64,000 bases of DNA from Octopus vulgaris (taxonomy: Eukaryota). Where the stretch lies: NCBI GenBank assembly GCA_951406725.2, contig OX597821.1:72726001-72790000 (forward strand), read 5' to 3'. The translations under genes and the position numbers were made by a program. Positions 38,915-51,921 of the stretch are shown piece after piece. Below the pieces are notes generated by a model. It worked only from the letters and a program-made list of their open reading frames with translations. It was not told the DNA's origin and searched no databases. Every line of letters starts with the position of its first letter. The first letter of the stretch is position 1.

Positions 38915-39540
38915 GGGCTGGTGAGCTGGCAGAAACGTTAGCACGCCGGGCGAAATGCCTAGCCATATTTCGTCCGGCATTAGGTTCTGAGTTCAAATTC
39001 CGCCGAGGTCGACTTTGCCTTTCATCCTTTCAGGGTCGATTAAATAAGTACCAGTTACGCACTGGGGTCGATATAATCGACTTAATCCGTGTGTCTGTCC
39101 TTTCTGTGTTAAGCCCCTTGTGGGTTGTAAAGAAATAGGTATTTCGTCTGCCACTACGTTCTGAGTTCAAATTCAGCCAAGGACGACTTTGCCTTTCATC
39201 CTTTCGAGGTCGATAAATTAAGTCCTATTTGCGGACTGGGGTTGATCTAACCGACTGGCCCCCTCCCCGGAAATTTCAGGCCTTGTGCCTAGGGTAGAAA
39301 AGATTATCATTTAGGATTGAAGGTGGCGAGCTGGCAGAATCGTTAGCACTCCGGGCAAAATGCTTAGCGGTATTTTGCCTGTCGTTACGGTCTGAATTAG
39401 TTCAAATTCCACCGAAGTCGACTTTGCTTTTCATCCTTTCGAGGTCGATTAAATAAGTGCCAGTTACGCACTGGGGTCGATGTAATCGACTTAAATCCCT
39501 TCCCCCAAATTTGAGGTCTTGTGCTTCCAGAAGAAAGGAT
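38915..39540 (+). mobile_element. SINE family B array (dimer + monomer)
   Basis: Three bodies. The spacer/target attatcatttag(c/g)att occurs at ~38898, ~39303 and ~39539. Confidence 0.85.
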
Positions 39541-41244
39541 TATCATTTAGCATTCGTATTCCATGGCGGCACAGGTTGGACAAAAACACACACACACGTA
39601 ATTGTATATATAATCGGCAGAAGTTACAGAAGCGACTCAAGGGCCGACAGTTTCATGCGCAGCACATGTCAAATGCTTTGATCATCCATGCACAGAGCTC
39701 TTGACCCGTGATTCACTCTTCTAAATTTTGCCGATCAAAAATTTTTTTCTATTATAAATACAAGAGCTGAAATTTTAGGGGCGCGGGTAGCCGATCACAT
39801 GGTACTCGACTGGTACTCATTTCATTGACACTGAAATGAAGGAAGGTAAAGTTGACTTCGGCGGAAGAGGCCAGAAAGTAATGTGCCGGAAAAAATGCCG
39901 CTAGGCATTTTGTCCGATTTGCCTTCTACCGACAAAAAAAATGAAATAAATATTTACTCATTGTACTGAGTTTTCTATTTATCCTGCTTGGTCCACAAAA
40001 ACTATATATATATATGTGTGTGTGTGTGTATATATATATGAAGGCGCGTGGCCTAGTAGTTATAGGCTGTTGCAATCACGATCGCAAGACACACACAGTC
40101 CCTCTAATATAAACACATACTGTCTCTAATATAAAGGCACACACTCCAGGTTTGATTTCGTTATTACACAAATATTACATTAGAATTTTGCAATTCAACA
40201 AGGGGCGTCTAAAAAAAATATGCGACTGAAATATCATTGAAAATATTATCAAGTGGCTAGCGAAAAATGCCCGGAAGGCGGTCTTTCTGCTAGTATATGT
40301 AATGGCCCATACATATCACATCATTCATGTAGATGTATCACTGATAATATATACTGTGTGAGTAAAAATCAAATTAATCAAGACACAAAAAGGCTATCTG
40401 AAAGCTATCCATCAATCGTTGACTGGCTCATAAATACATTAAATTTGAAAAACCTTTATGAAAAGAGCAAACACATCGGTGGGCCATTCCTGGGCTGCGG
40501 GCGACATGAGCTTAGAAGTTATTCGCTCTGTCTCTAATTAGTTCAGTGTTCAATGTTATTTCGAGTGATTATGTAGCATCGGAGTAAAACTACCAGCTTC
40601 TGTGTGTGTGCGTGTCCTTGGTGATGTGTGTGGAGTGCACGTGCATATATAAATGAAGTCCATTTTCATTTTGCTCCCCAACGTCTGAGAACAAAGCGAA
40701 GGACTGAGGCGGGCGGTGGACATGGCGTCGTTACGCTTCCCAAAGCCCCTGTGACAATATTTATTTAGTGACAAACGAGAAGGGGTCGAATGGAGGAGAG
40801 GGAAGGAGCTTAGAATACAGCTACTTTACAGACAGGAAGACGAAGCCATTGATAACAATACAAAAGCGAATAATAATTCTTAACGGATAAAGGCCACGAA
40901 ACTTCGGGAAACAAAACTGGGCAGTTGCTTCGTTCGTGTCTGTCCTAAAGGTGTGAGCGATGATAAAACAAAGACACGGGTTCTAGTTTTAGAGTCGAAC
41001 ACGAAAATTAAACAAATATGGCGACTTTTTAAATACATAAAGTTGTGCTTATCATGATTTCCTATATATATTCCTTTATTGCTCACAAGGGGCTAAACAT
41101 AGAGGTGACTATATATATATTCTGTTTTCAATAGTCTTGACTCTTGAAAAGGTTGCAAGACTCAATGAAAATTTTAGGAAAATAAAAATAAGGAATAAGT
41201 GGAAATTTTATCGATGTGTTAAATTATAAGGCACAAAAAGAATA

Positions 41245-41972
41245 GGATCTTTTCGGTTTGAACGGCAGTCTTTAAAAATAATTTCTATGTAACTAAAAAA
41301 TTTTAAACTTCGTATACTGGTAGAATGTGTCTATAAAACATCTTTTTCTCTTGGCTTTCTTGAGAAAATTCTATAGTTTGTAAGATATTTGGTCTTTAAT
41401 TTCTTGCATTTCAGCAATTTCAACCAATCAGTGACGTCTAATGGGGTGAAAACGATTTCTGCCGTTACCATATGAAAATGTCCCAGTTTTTTTTTATGAG
41501 AAAAAGGATACCCTGTGGTCATAAACTGAAGGGTCACTCGTAAACAGAGCTGGATAACAAAACCGTCCCCTCTTTAGTGTCCACCCATAATTATGACCCT
41601 AGTATCGATCTATTGCATTTCAATCTGTTTTAGGGTAGAGTTAGGATTAGGGGTTGGGTTAGGGTTAGGAGAAGGGTATCTTTTTTTTCTTCAGAAATGT
41701 AAATAAACCCAATCTGTTTCTTAAACGAGGGACATTTTCATATTTTACCGTCAGAAAATTTTACGGCAGATAATGTTTTCACCTCAATAGACGTCACTGA
41801 TTGGTTGAAATTACCAAAATTGAAGAAAATATCTTACAAACTATAGAATTTTCTCAAAAAGGCCAAGAGAAAAAGATGTTTTATAAACACATTCTACCAG
41901 TATACGAAGTTTAAAAGTGTTTAGTTACATAGAAATTATTTTAAAAGACTGCCGTTCAAACCGAAAAGATCC
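41245..41972. mobile_element. Foldback MITE with ~220-bp TIRs (GGATC termini; Merlin- or Mutator-like)
   Basis: ggatcttttcggtttgaacggcagtc... / ...gactgccgttcaaaccgaaaagatcc, with an internal TTAGGG-like tract at 41630-41669. Confidence 0.9.
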
Positions 41973-43764
41973 AAAGAGGGGATACTTCATTTTCTACATT
42001 TCCCCTCTCATATCCCAATTCCGTGTCGTTTTCTTTCCTCGTGATGCAGTTGGCTTTAACCAAAAGTCGAAACCAAGTCACGTAAGACTTGACCGAATTG
42101 CCTAATTTAAAAAGAAAGTAAACAGTTTTTTTGTGTTTTTTTTTAAATATAACCATTCAAACTTAAAATGGCTGTGAACGGGAATAGAATATTAGACATA
42201 TCCTTGTTGGTCTGGAAAGCATTAAGGAAGCGTAAGAAGACGGTTGAAATAGGAACCTATAGAAAGTGGCCCATTATTCATTGGGAAGTTATAGATGGTG
42301 AAAAATTACATTGTTTGTATTGATAGCTAGCTGGATGTGAATGTGTGTAGAGCAAATAATTAAATAGATTGCCGTTTAGAAATTGTGCGTATGTGTATTA
42401 GGAGGAGTGGGTCCCCGAAGCACACGCACCAGCTCACAATTTGAAACCATTATACATATTAGAAAGCTTAGAGACAAAGACTGTCAGGAAAAGAGACCAA
42501 ATGTTGCGCGAGTGATTGATATTCGAACGTAATGAGGGAAACGGATAGTCATTGAATCAGACAAACACACATATGGCCGAATATTTGCCTTGACAATTTG
42601 GAAACAAAAGATAATAAATCGTATGACTCAAATTTAACTTTGCAGTCATCGGTGTGAAAACAATACTAAATGGTATTGGTTTAAGGAAACCTCACCAGTA
42701 TGGCGGAAAGAGAAAAAAGTGAGCAAAGATTACGCTTCAGCTCATTTTTCAGCAATTGTTCTTTTGTGTCTGACACATAAACAAATTCATCCAATCTAAA
42801 ATGTCTCTCAATATCGGCACAAGGCCAGCAAGTTCGGAGGAGAGGCTAAGTCGATAACATCGACTCCTAAAGGATGAAAGGCAAAATCGACCTCAGCGAA
42901 ATTCGAACTGAGAACGTAAAGACACAAAATGCCGCGCTAAAGATTCTGCCAGCTCGCCGCTTTAACAAACGTGTGCTACAGGCCCATTATACGTAGGTGG
43001 CCATGAACAGTTCGTTGCTCCGAATTTCAAAGATGCAATCCTAAACGTAGTTTTCTCCATAAATGAAAACTAAAACCACTTTACAAATCGATAGTCAAAC
43101 ACCATCTAGAGCCTGTAATTGCAGTTTATTTATTGTGATCCATGCAAAACAGGACAAATTCTGTAGAGCGACATGTAAACATTTTGGAACAAAAAACCCT
43201 GATATTTTCAGAAAACATCGAGAAGTCAGACTTACTGCATCGGATAAAAGTTCTCACAGCAGACAACACTCGACATTAATCACGTGTAAAATATATTTGC
43301 GAATATATGTGGACATACGCATGTGCGTGCGTGACCACGTATCAGATAAACCTGTATTTTCAAGCAATTATTTCAAAACACGATAAAAACAGCAGAATTT
43401 AAAATAAAACTATAAAAAAATTCCTAATTGAATGTAATAGGAAAAAACGAACATTTACTAAATTCATTCTTTTTCTTTATAAATTTTCACGACCTTGTAT
43501 TTGTAACAATCGCCATAAACTAAAATGGTACCAAAATGGCGACATAATGTCCCCCAAAATATATTTATTTTGTAATCTGCAAAGGCTGATGCATAAGTTA
43601 AAACCATTGACCCATTAAAACTGACATTGTGGTCAGTGCTAAATACTTAATGTAATGACTTGAGAAAGTTTAATTGATTTTAATTACATTAGTGGTAAAG
43701 CTAACGATTAATTAGTTTAAATGATTATTTCTAGTCAAGAAAGGCGAAGGAGATGACCCCAAAC

Positions 43765-44857
43765 GGATCATTTCCTTTTGATGGACGGAATTTTCTAGTT
43801 AACTAAACAATTTGAAACTTCGTATACTGGTAGAATGTGTCAAAAGAAAACATTATTGTAAACAAAACTGAAAACAAAATTGTAATTTCTAAGTTTAGCG
43901 TAGTTTAATTCTACGAATTTTAACCAATGAGATCCCAGCATTTGAGTTCAATTCATTTTCTGCGTCTAAAAACTCACACACACACACGTCTTATTCATCC
44001 TTATCTCTTCTGTCTTCTGCATGTGCTAGAAATAACAGCTATATCTCTTAAATCGATGAATTTCGTCGCCCAATAAAAATATTAACGATATTTTTTGAAT
44101 ATTTTCTTTATTTTTTTTACCGAAAAGGCTTCTCCCATGGTTTTGAAGGGCCAGAAACAACAAAAACAAAACAATAATATGCCTAAAGCGGTCTAGAGTT
44201 TGCGCGTGGAGTGTGAGTCGTATTGTAAAAATTTGCGAAATATTTTTTCATAAAAGGATGCCCCAGCTTGTCGGAAGCTGTGATATAAATTGGAAAAAAA
44301 ATTCTCGACACCAGTGCGTAGTTGGTACTTAATTTATCGACCCCAAAACGATGAAACATTGACCCCCCCCCCCTTCTGGTTTATTTACCTTTGGTGTAAA
44401 TTTGTTGCGGCAAGGGGAAAAACACGAACGTGTATGTGTGTGTATGTATATGTCCGTTTGTATGTGTGTGTATGCTTATATATTAATTACTATGTACTTG
44501 TGCAAATGTATATGCATGTGTTTGAGAGAAAGAGAGATAGTGACAGAGAGTGTGTGTGTGTGTGTGTGTACGTGTGTATGTATCTGAATATATGTATGTG
44601 TGTGTGTGTGTGTGTATGCGGCATGCGTCTGCTATGTTTCTTTATCAATATCGATAACGCAGCAAATGATTTGAGTTCAAATGCTGGGATTTCATTGGTT
44701 AAAATTCGAAGAATTAAACTACGTTAAAGTTACAAATTACAATTTTGCTTTCAATTTTGTTTACAATAATGTTTTCTTTTGACACATTCTACCAGTATAC
44801 GAAGTTTCAAATTTTTTAGTTAACTAGAAAATTCCGTCCATCAAAAGGAAAAGATCC
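43765..44857. mobile_element. Related foldback element, ~190-bp TIRs, 8-bp TSD (1 mismatch)
   Basis: ggatcatttccttttgatggacggaattttctag... / ...ctagaaaattccgtccatcaaaaggaaaagatcc. Flanks are ccccaaac and ccccaatc. Confidence 0.9.
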
Positions 44858-46157
44858 CCCCAATCTTTTAATTAAAAACAGAATGTGGTTTACGAGTTTG
44901 ACCATAGCAGTCCACACGTTCAGGTTTCGTTAGACCTCGTCAGTAAGCTTTTACCAGTATTACTAGGCAAAGCTAATTTGATAGATGTATATAAGCCTTT
45001 TTATGAATGATCACAGTGACACAATAACATGAAATAAGGAATAAAAGAAAAACAACGTGCAAATTAAGACTTAATGATATGCAGCTTAATTCTAAATGTC
45101 AGAAAGACATGTGATGGACAGAGAGAGCCTGGTGAAGCTCATAAATATTATGAAGAAAATTACCTCTTTAAAAGAAAAAAAAAAGGAAAAAAGAATATAA
45201 ACAGGAAGAAAAAAATCTTTATTCTAAAGATTCATTCAGTTAATGAACTGGAAATGCACAGCACTGAACAAGTTTGAACGAATTGGATCCAAAATATGCA
45301 TAATAAATACATGCATCGGTGCATACAATACTATTATAAATGCTATACTTTGTCTAAAGCTGAGAAACCTGCAGTTTTAAAGCAACATTTAGAATTTCAA
45401 GATACTTGTCACAGCTTCTATCTGTAAATAACAAGTCTTCTGAATCAATATTTTCCTGTATGACATTAATAAAAACTGCCAAGAAAGAAAAAGAAAAGAA
45501 AAAACTCTAAAATCAACAATGTTGAAACTAAATATCCAATTATTTCCCACAAAACATTAATTTTTTTTAAAAAATGCATTAAACAAATATGAACGTCATA
45601 TATTCTAAACATTTGTAGGAGCAGGGCTGGGGCTATTTTGGGTGTAGAGCTCAGAAAGGTAAACTACTAAATTAGTTGTTTTAAGAAAATTATAATAAAA
45701 GGAAAACGTAGCTGCTCAATGTTTTCAGTAATAACAGTATTATAACTAATTAAAGTTAATTAAAATTCAATAATAGTAACTTCGTATTTTTATTTCAGTT
45801 TTGTGTGAGCTGTGGCTGATAAAACAATTGAAGCTGCCAGAATATTAGGCAAAAAGGAACAATCCTGGTGACATTGTGTCACAATGCCCCAGGGTGTTAG
45901 GGGTGTTGTTGCAAAGTTTTAAATAACACAAGTGACAGAAATGTCAATAAAAAGGGAGACAGATTAACAATAACAATGTTACAGAAACATTAGAAATCCC
46001 TTCTTTAGTGAAGTTCTAAGAATGGAAAATGTCAGATTGTGGATCAAATAATAAATTGCTTGCAATGCAAGATTTTTACAGTTTGTTGAATATTTGTCCC
46101 GTTTTGATTTCATCACAAATGAAAGTGATCAAGAAATAGTGGTTCATTACTTAAAAT

Positions 46158-46490
46158 CATCATCATCATCATCAACATCCGTTTTCCGTGCTAGCACGGG
46201 TTGGACAGTTCGACCAGGGTCTGGGAAGCCAGGAGGCTGAACCAGGCTCCAGTCTGATCTGGCAGTGTTTCTACAGCTGGATACCCTTCCAAATGCCAAC
46301 CACTCCGTGAGTGTAGTGGGTGCTTTTTACGTGCCACCGGCACAGGTGCCAGGGGAGGCTGGCAGCGGCCACGATCAGTTGGTGCTTTTTATGTGCCACC
46401 GGCACAGAAGCCAGTCAAGGCGGCGCTGGCATTGGCCACGTTCGGATGGTGCTTTTTACATGCCACCGGCACAGGTATCACAACTACAAT
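46158..46490 (-). mobile_element. Family D element, reverse copy with ~2-3 internal units
   Basis: (cat)n-caacatccgttttccgtgctagcacgggttggacag...gtgccaccggcacagaagccagtc. Confidence 0.9.
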
Positions 46491-47509
46491 TCCACGAGAT
46501 TCCATCAGACTTTGAGACAAAAGAAACGGCAGTTCTGTGTGTGAAGCCTAAGAGGCACCACAAAGCAGAAATTTCAAGAAGGTTTCTCCTTTATTAGACA
46601 TGGCTTTCAGTGATCCCAGTACTTATTCTGTAAAAGCCTGGTACTTATTCTATTGTCAAACTGTGCCTAACTGCTAGGTTATGGGGACATAAACAAACCA
46701 ACAACAGTTGTCAAGCTGTGAATGGACAGACAACCATATAGTAAAACTGAACCTGGAACCATGTAATTGGAAACCAAACTTCTGACCACACAGCCATGCC
46801 TGTGCCCACACACTCACACATGTAGCATAAAGGGGGAAAAATCTACTGAATGCTACATAAATGCTGCAAGAATTTCACAAGTGCTGTTGCTACATGATGG
46901 AAACGAAGCTATTGACTTTGAAGATCCATGTTGCAAAGAAATGCCAAAAGCTTAAAGACTTGTAGTAAAGTTTATGTTGCCACAAGTAGCACTTGTCTCC
47001 TTGCTAGATCAAAAATCTCCAAGAGAATCTGCTCAATCCTTCTCATTCTACTAATATTGGTCTCAAATTTTAGCACAGGGCTAGCAGTTTCGGTGTGAGG
47101 GAGTAAGTCAGTAGCAGCAATACCAGTGTTCAATTGGTCTTTATTTTCTCAACCCTCAAAGGATGACAGGCAAAGTCGACCACAGTAGAATTTGAACTTA
47201 GAACATGAAGATGGATAAAATGCCGCTAAGCACTTTGTCCAGAGACTTAACAATTCTGCCAGCTTTCTTACAATACCAATGTGAATAGGAAATGGTAAAC
47301 ATAGACTCTCAAAGATCAAATTAATAATAACATTCACATAATCAACAAAGTTGCAAAAGAAACTAGTTACCATAACAACTAATACAGGTGATTATCAACA
47401 AGTATCAATACCTGAACTGATTAAACTGGGTGACAAAACTGGAAAAGAACAAGGCAAAATTTTTATGCAATGGAAATTTTAACATAATTCACATTATTAT
47501 TATTATTAT

Positions 47510-47895
47510 TGCCTTTGCACAGCTTCTAACACTGGAAATGTACTACAGTGTCAGCTGATAACTATCAGTGAACTAAGGTAACACCTCTTATATTTCGAGC
47601 ACCTTCCGGAATATTCGAGCGTTTCCAAGCAGTGCTGTTTTCTGCAAGTGCTCCACCCTTATTGTAGCCCCCTAATTTGTTCCACGTACTTCTCGAGATT
47701 TTTGCTCCTGCTCCCAGGGCTCCGACAATTATTGGTACTACTACTGCTTTCTTTTTCAACGACCATTAGTACCAATAATTGTCGGAGCCCTGGGAACAGT
47801 GACTAAAAATTTTGAGAAGTACATGGAACAAATAGAGGGCTGCAATAAGGGTGGAGCACTTGCAGTAAACAGCACTGCTTGGAACTGCTCGAATA
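47510..47895. pseudogene. Inverted pair of 3' fragments of an RLE-type (R4/Dong/NeSL-like) non-LTR retrotransposon in (TAA)n
   Basis: Both arms encode VPIIVGALG...KTALLG(T/N)AR (frameshifted). Arms are at 47510-47757 (-) and 47766-47895 (+), with (TTA)n on the left and (AAT)/(TTA)n on the right. Confidence 0.8.
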
Positions 47896-48759
47896 ATAAT
47901 ATTATTATTATTATTACCTCTGACAAAGAGGTTACATTTTTAACACAATTTTTTTTCCTGTCTGGTAACAATATGGTGTCATAACATAATAACAGGTTGA
48001 TGAACTGAAGTAACCTTAGGCATAAATAAGTGTCAAATAAAATGTTGTGTTGCATTTGGCAGAGGTTATGGTATCCTACAGAGTGCTCTTTAGCTCAAAA
48101 TGATTTATGTTCCAAGAGAGTATTTGCTTTCTTTTTTCTTGTATTTGCAAAAGATAATTATTCATTCTTGCAATTGAAAATAAATTTGGCAGTTTTAAGT
48201 ACTGTGCCTCTCATTTTTCATGCAAAACATCTGCTCATGATAGTCAAAGTTGATAATTTTTTTTCTTGTTTTTTAGAGGAATTGGAACCAAGTTAGTTGG
48301 CCTTGCATAGAAAATAGTTTGGCACTGGCCCTGCTGGTCCTGTGCAAAAGGTCACACATAGGAGAAGGTACAAGAGATTGAATTAACATACAGTAAAACC
48401 ACTGGTAGTTATTTTGTCAACATTGAGGCTATGAAAAAAAGAGACATTCGTAAGAAACTCTCAAGATAGCTGAACAACAGAAGGTCATCATCAGAGAAGA
48501 AAAGCCCCTTCTAGCAGGTCATGCAACCACATACAGGCTCCATCGTTGGTCTGTGTAGGTAATAATTTTCTTGTTATTTAGCCTCAAATCAACCCCGATA
48601 CTGCAAACCTATGTTGCTGTAAAAACATCTCTGGTTATCAAAGAAGGGTTTTGTTAGCGGGGATAATTTTTCTGTTGTCGAACATTCATCGTTTTCTCAA
48701 TGGACCCAGAAGTTGTTGTTCACAAACAGCAGCAGTAATTTTCTTCAGCTGAATACACA

Positions 48760-48951
48760 TCAGTGATTGGTTAAAATTACCCAAACATGACAACTTTAAC
48801 ACGAAATAACTTCTAAAATACAAAATTTTGTCCAAAACGTTAAGAGTAAACCCTGTTCTATCTGATACATTCTACCAGTATCCAAAGTTTCGAAGTATTT
48901 AGTTTTAAAAAAATTAATTAAAAAATCTGGCCGTCATAGTGAAAGGATTCC
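48760..48951 (-). mobile_element. Solo diverged arm of the GGATC foldback family
   Basis: cagtgattggttaaaattac...acattctaccagtatccaaagttt...gccgtcatagtgaaaggattcc. Confidence 0.6.
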
Positions 48952-51507
48952 AAATGTTTTGGCCCTTCTTACATTCTAAGAGGGGTCAGGCTGCATCTGG
49001 GTCATAGGTGTGCTTCTACTGACACTTGGATATTAGAGATTTGTGCAAATCCATTGAAATCCAGAACATAGATGCAAAACATTCTGGTCAATGTTTGATC
49101 AGTTCTGCCAGATTCTGTCATATAATAATACTTCATACATTAGCAGACTTCATTCAAAATTAGTGATTAGGTGAAAAATATGACTGGGGAATGGTGTGCA
49201 AATTTTAAAATTCCATCTTTTATAGATGGAGCATCTAGAAATCGCAGTCAAATCTCCCTCAACTCATCCACCTATATAAAAAAGCTAACAAACGAAGAGC
49301 ACACTGATTAAGCAATTTAATCCTAAAACGTAAAATCTGTTTCAAACCAAAACATAGAATTGTGATTTGTCATACTCAGATCACATAAATCAATATATTT
49401 GGTATTACGGAGATGTACTTGCATAGCAAGTGACTTGATCTGAGATCGTGTGCTGAAACAAAAATAATTGCAGCGTGGAAGGTGTTGATAAGAAAGTCCT
49501 AAACTTTACAATAAAATTTCTTATGTAAGTTATTCGGCGAAGTAACCCAATGTTCTCAAAATAATTGGTATTTTTCAGAAAAATTCGAACAATAGGCTAT
49601 AATCCCGACCATCACTGTCAACATTAATAATGATTCAATGATTTAAGATAATCTCTTGTACTTTGACTTTTGACATTTCCAGTTAAGCACACAAGTTAAA
49701 AGCTCTTTTAGATGTTTTATATAAATTATCTGAGTCGTTACTGCTCGTTAGCTCTGGCTGAACAAACTTATGATCAAAACGAATGTGATTTTGAAGGAGA
49801 TTTAGTCGCTACTTCTAGCAGGTCGAGAAATCCCAAAGAGGGTACCTTGTTAATTTGTGTGATCCCAGGAACACCCCATTTTAATTTAAGGTGTGTGAGT
49901 ACCCAGAAGTACATTATCCTGGATACATTATTTGGAAATGGTCGGGTACCTCTTGCTTTCATATTCTAATATATTTTTGTGTTATTTAACACTGTACATC
50001 CATAAGAAATACAATCACAGAACGAACACTGCTGTTAATTCGGTTTCCTATTATGTATATACTTTAAGAATGATATCCAGATTGCTATTTTAAACAAATA
50101 CTGCCTCTGTCGCACATAGCTATTATATATATTTTGCAAGAGCCGTGTCTAACTGAAGCTAAAGAAATGTAACAAGAACCAGAGACCGGTATTTGGACGC
50201 ATGAATAAAGAAAATAAATGTCAGTAACATTTAGTACATCGGGCCTGTTGTATATACCTTGAAGGGGATTGAAAAGAAAACTTAGCTATTTAAAGCTATG
50301 TCTTTATGGATCCAACCGCATATCTGAAGGGCCTAGTATGTCCATCCTGTATAAAGGGGTTCATTCTATATAAAAAGCTTGATATTTTAATTGCAAGTCG
50401 ATTCCTTTGAGCCCGAGATGACAACGTCTGAGAACAAAGTAAATTACTTAGATCCTATTTCATGTTAGACGAAACCTTTATAAACACAGAGTTTAAATGC
50501 TACCATCACACGAGTTCACGAATAACCTGGGTTAGTCAAGCAATTAAGATGCACGAGTGAAATATTCTCTCTTGATTCACATCCCTATTATAATGTAAAT
50601 TTGTATTTGTGGTCTAAAGTTGACATTGTGGCTATATTAACTCTGCATTTTGTATCAATACAATCAAAGTTCTGTATAACGGTTAAAAGAAGAAACTACA
50701 CAAAATGATTCTTTCTCATTTTAAAATCTCGATTTCATTTAAAAGAAATCGGTTAGCATTCTATATAACACCAAAAATAATCTGATTCATTCAACAGATC
50801 TTATTTTATGAGAAAAATAATCAAGCCCAATTATTGCCAGACAAATTTCATGTGTCGAAATAATGTAAAAGAGCAGCAAAGTGAATTAGTATCCGACAAA
50901 AATGAAGACTGCCATGCCATTTGAGTATTTCTTGGTATTCATATAATTTCAAAGTGTATTAAATCTCAGAAATATTCGGTCAACTTTAAACACCTAGTTG
51001 TTTATATAAGTTGAAGGCATTGTGTGTACAATAGTAATAAAGCATTTGCTAAGATGGGTCGTGGTATATTCCATTCTTGCTAACCTGGCACTGTAATAAG
51101 CCCACATTCACAAACTTTAGATGAGGCTTAAATCGTCCCGCACTTTATTCCTTTGTCGACTCATAGCCCCCCGAAAGAAATATTAATGATAACAAATAAT
51201 AATTTCTAAAGCTATAAATTTTGAAGGAATATATTGTTGATTAAACAGGCTCCAAAAGATGAAAAGCATTGTCAACCTAGGGGTGATCTAAATTCAGAAT
51301 GCTTAAAGGTCCTTTTACTGAATACAGACAGATGTGTATCTCGTAATTATTACTGGATACTGGATGGTTTCCGTGTTGAAGTTCCTAGGAGCTTGTTCAC
51401 AGGTCCTTTTCCAATAGTACAATTAATTTGTCATGTGTAGTACAACAAACACTACAACAGTTGTAACTAATAGTAACAGACAGGGTCGAATTTTGCAGAA
51501 AGCTCCC

Positions 51508-51670
51508 TCTAGTGTACATCAAGCCTGTTCTTGAAGGCATTAACTGATGGAGCTGCGACCACACTGTTTGGCAGACTGTTCCAGGTGGCAGCCACATGCT
51601 ATATGAAAAAGCAGCTTCTAATGTTGAGCCTGCAGTGTGATCTTTCCAATTTCAGGTTGTGTCTTCTCGT
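51508..51670 (-). pseudogene. CR1-clade LINE ORF2 C-terminal fragment
   Basis: RRHNLKLERSHCRLNIRSCFFI*HVAATWNSLPNSVVAAPSVNAFKNRLDVH*, a typical CR1 3' motif. Confidence 0.9.
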
Positions 51671-51759
51671 ATTTCTGCCTATAGCTATTAATATTGTGTT
51701 GTACAGAAAGTTTGCGCCGATTATATAGTAGCTTACCTTTCGACTTACCCTCCCAGGCA

Positions 51760-51921
51760 CCTCAGTTCTGGGAAGAGGGTATTTTCAAGTTAAAGGAAAG
51801 ATGGAGATGCATTGTGCAACAAAATGGTTCATATTTGGTTGATTAAAAATGTAATGGCAAGTATTTATTGACCTTTTTCTTTCCTTTAAAAATCAGCACG
51901 AACTTTCCGGACAACCCAATA
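51760..51921 (+). mobile_element. Mariner 3' end (transposase C-terminus + TIR)
   Basis: PQFWEEGIFKLKERWRCIVQQNGSYLVD*, then cacgaactttccggacaacccaata (TIR ending in TA). Confidence 0.85.

Noticed and set aside
41630-41669. True telomere or fusion site
   Set aside because: The tract is short, degenerate and internal to a transposon.
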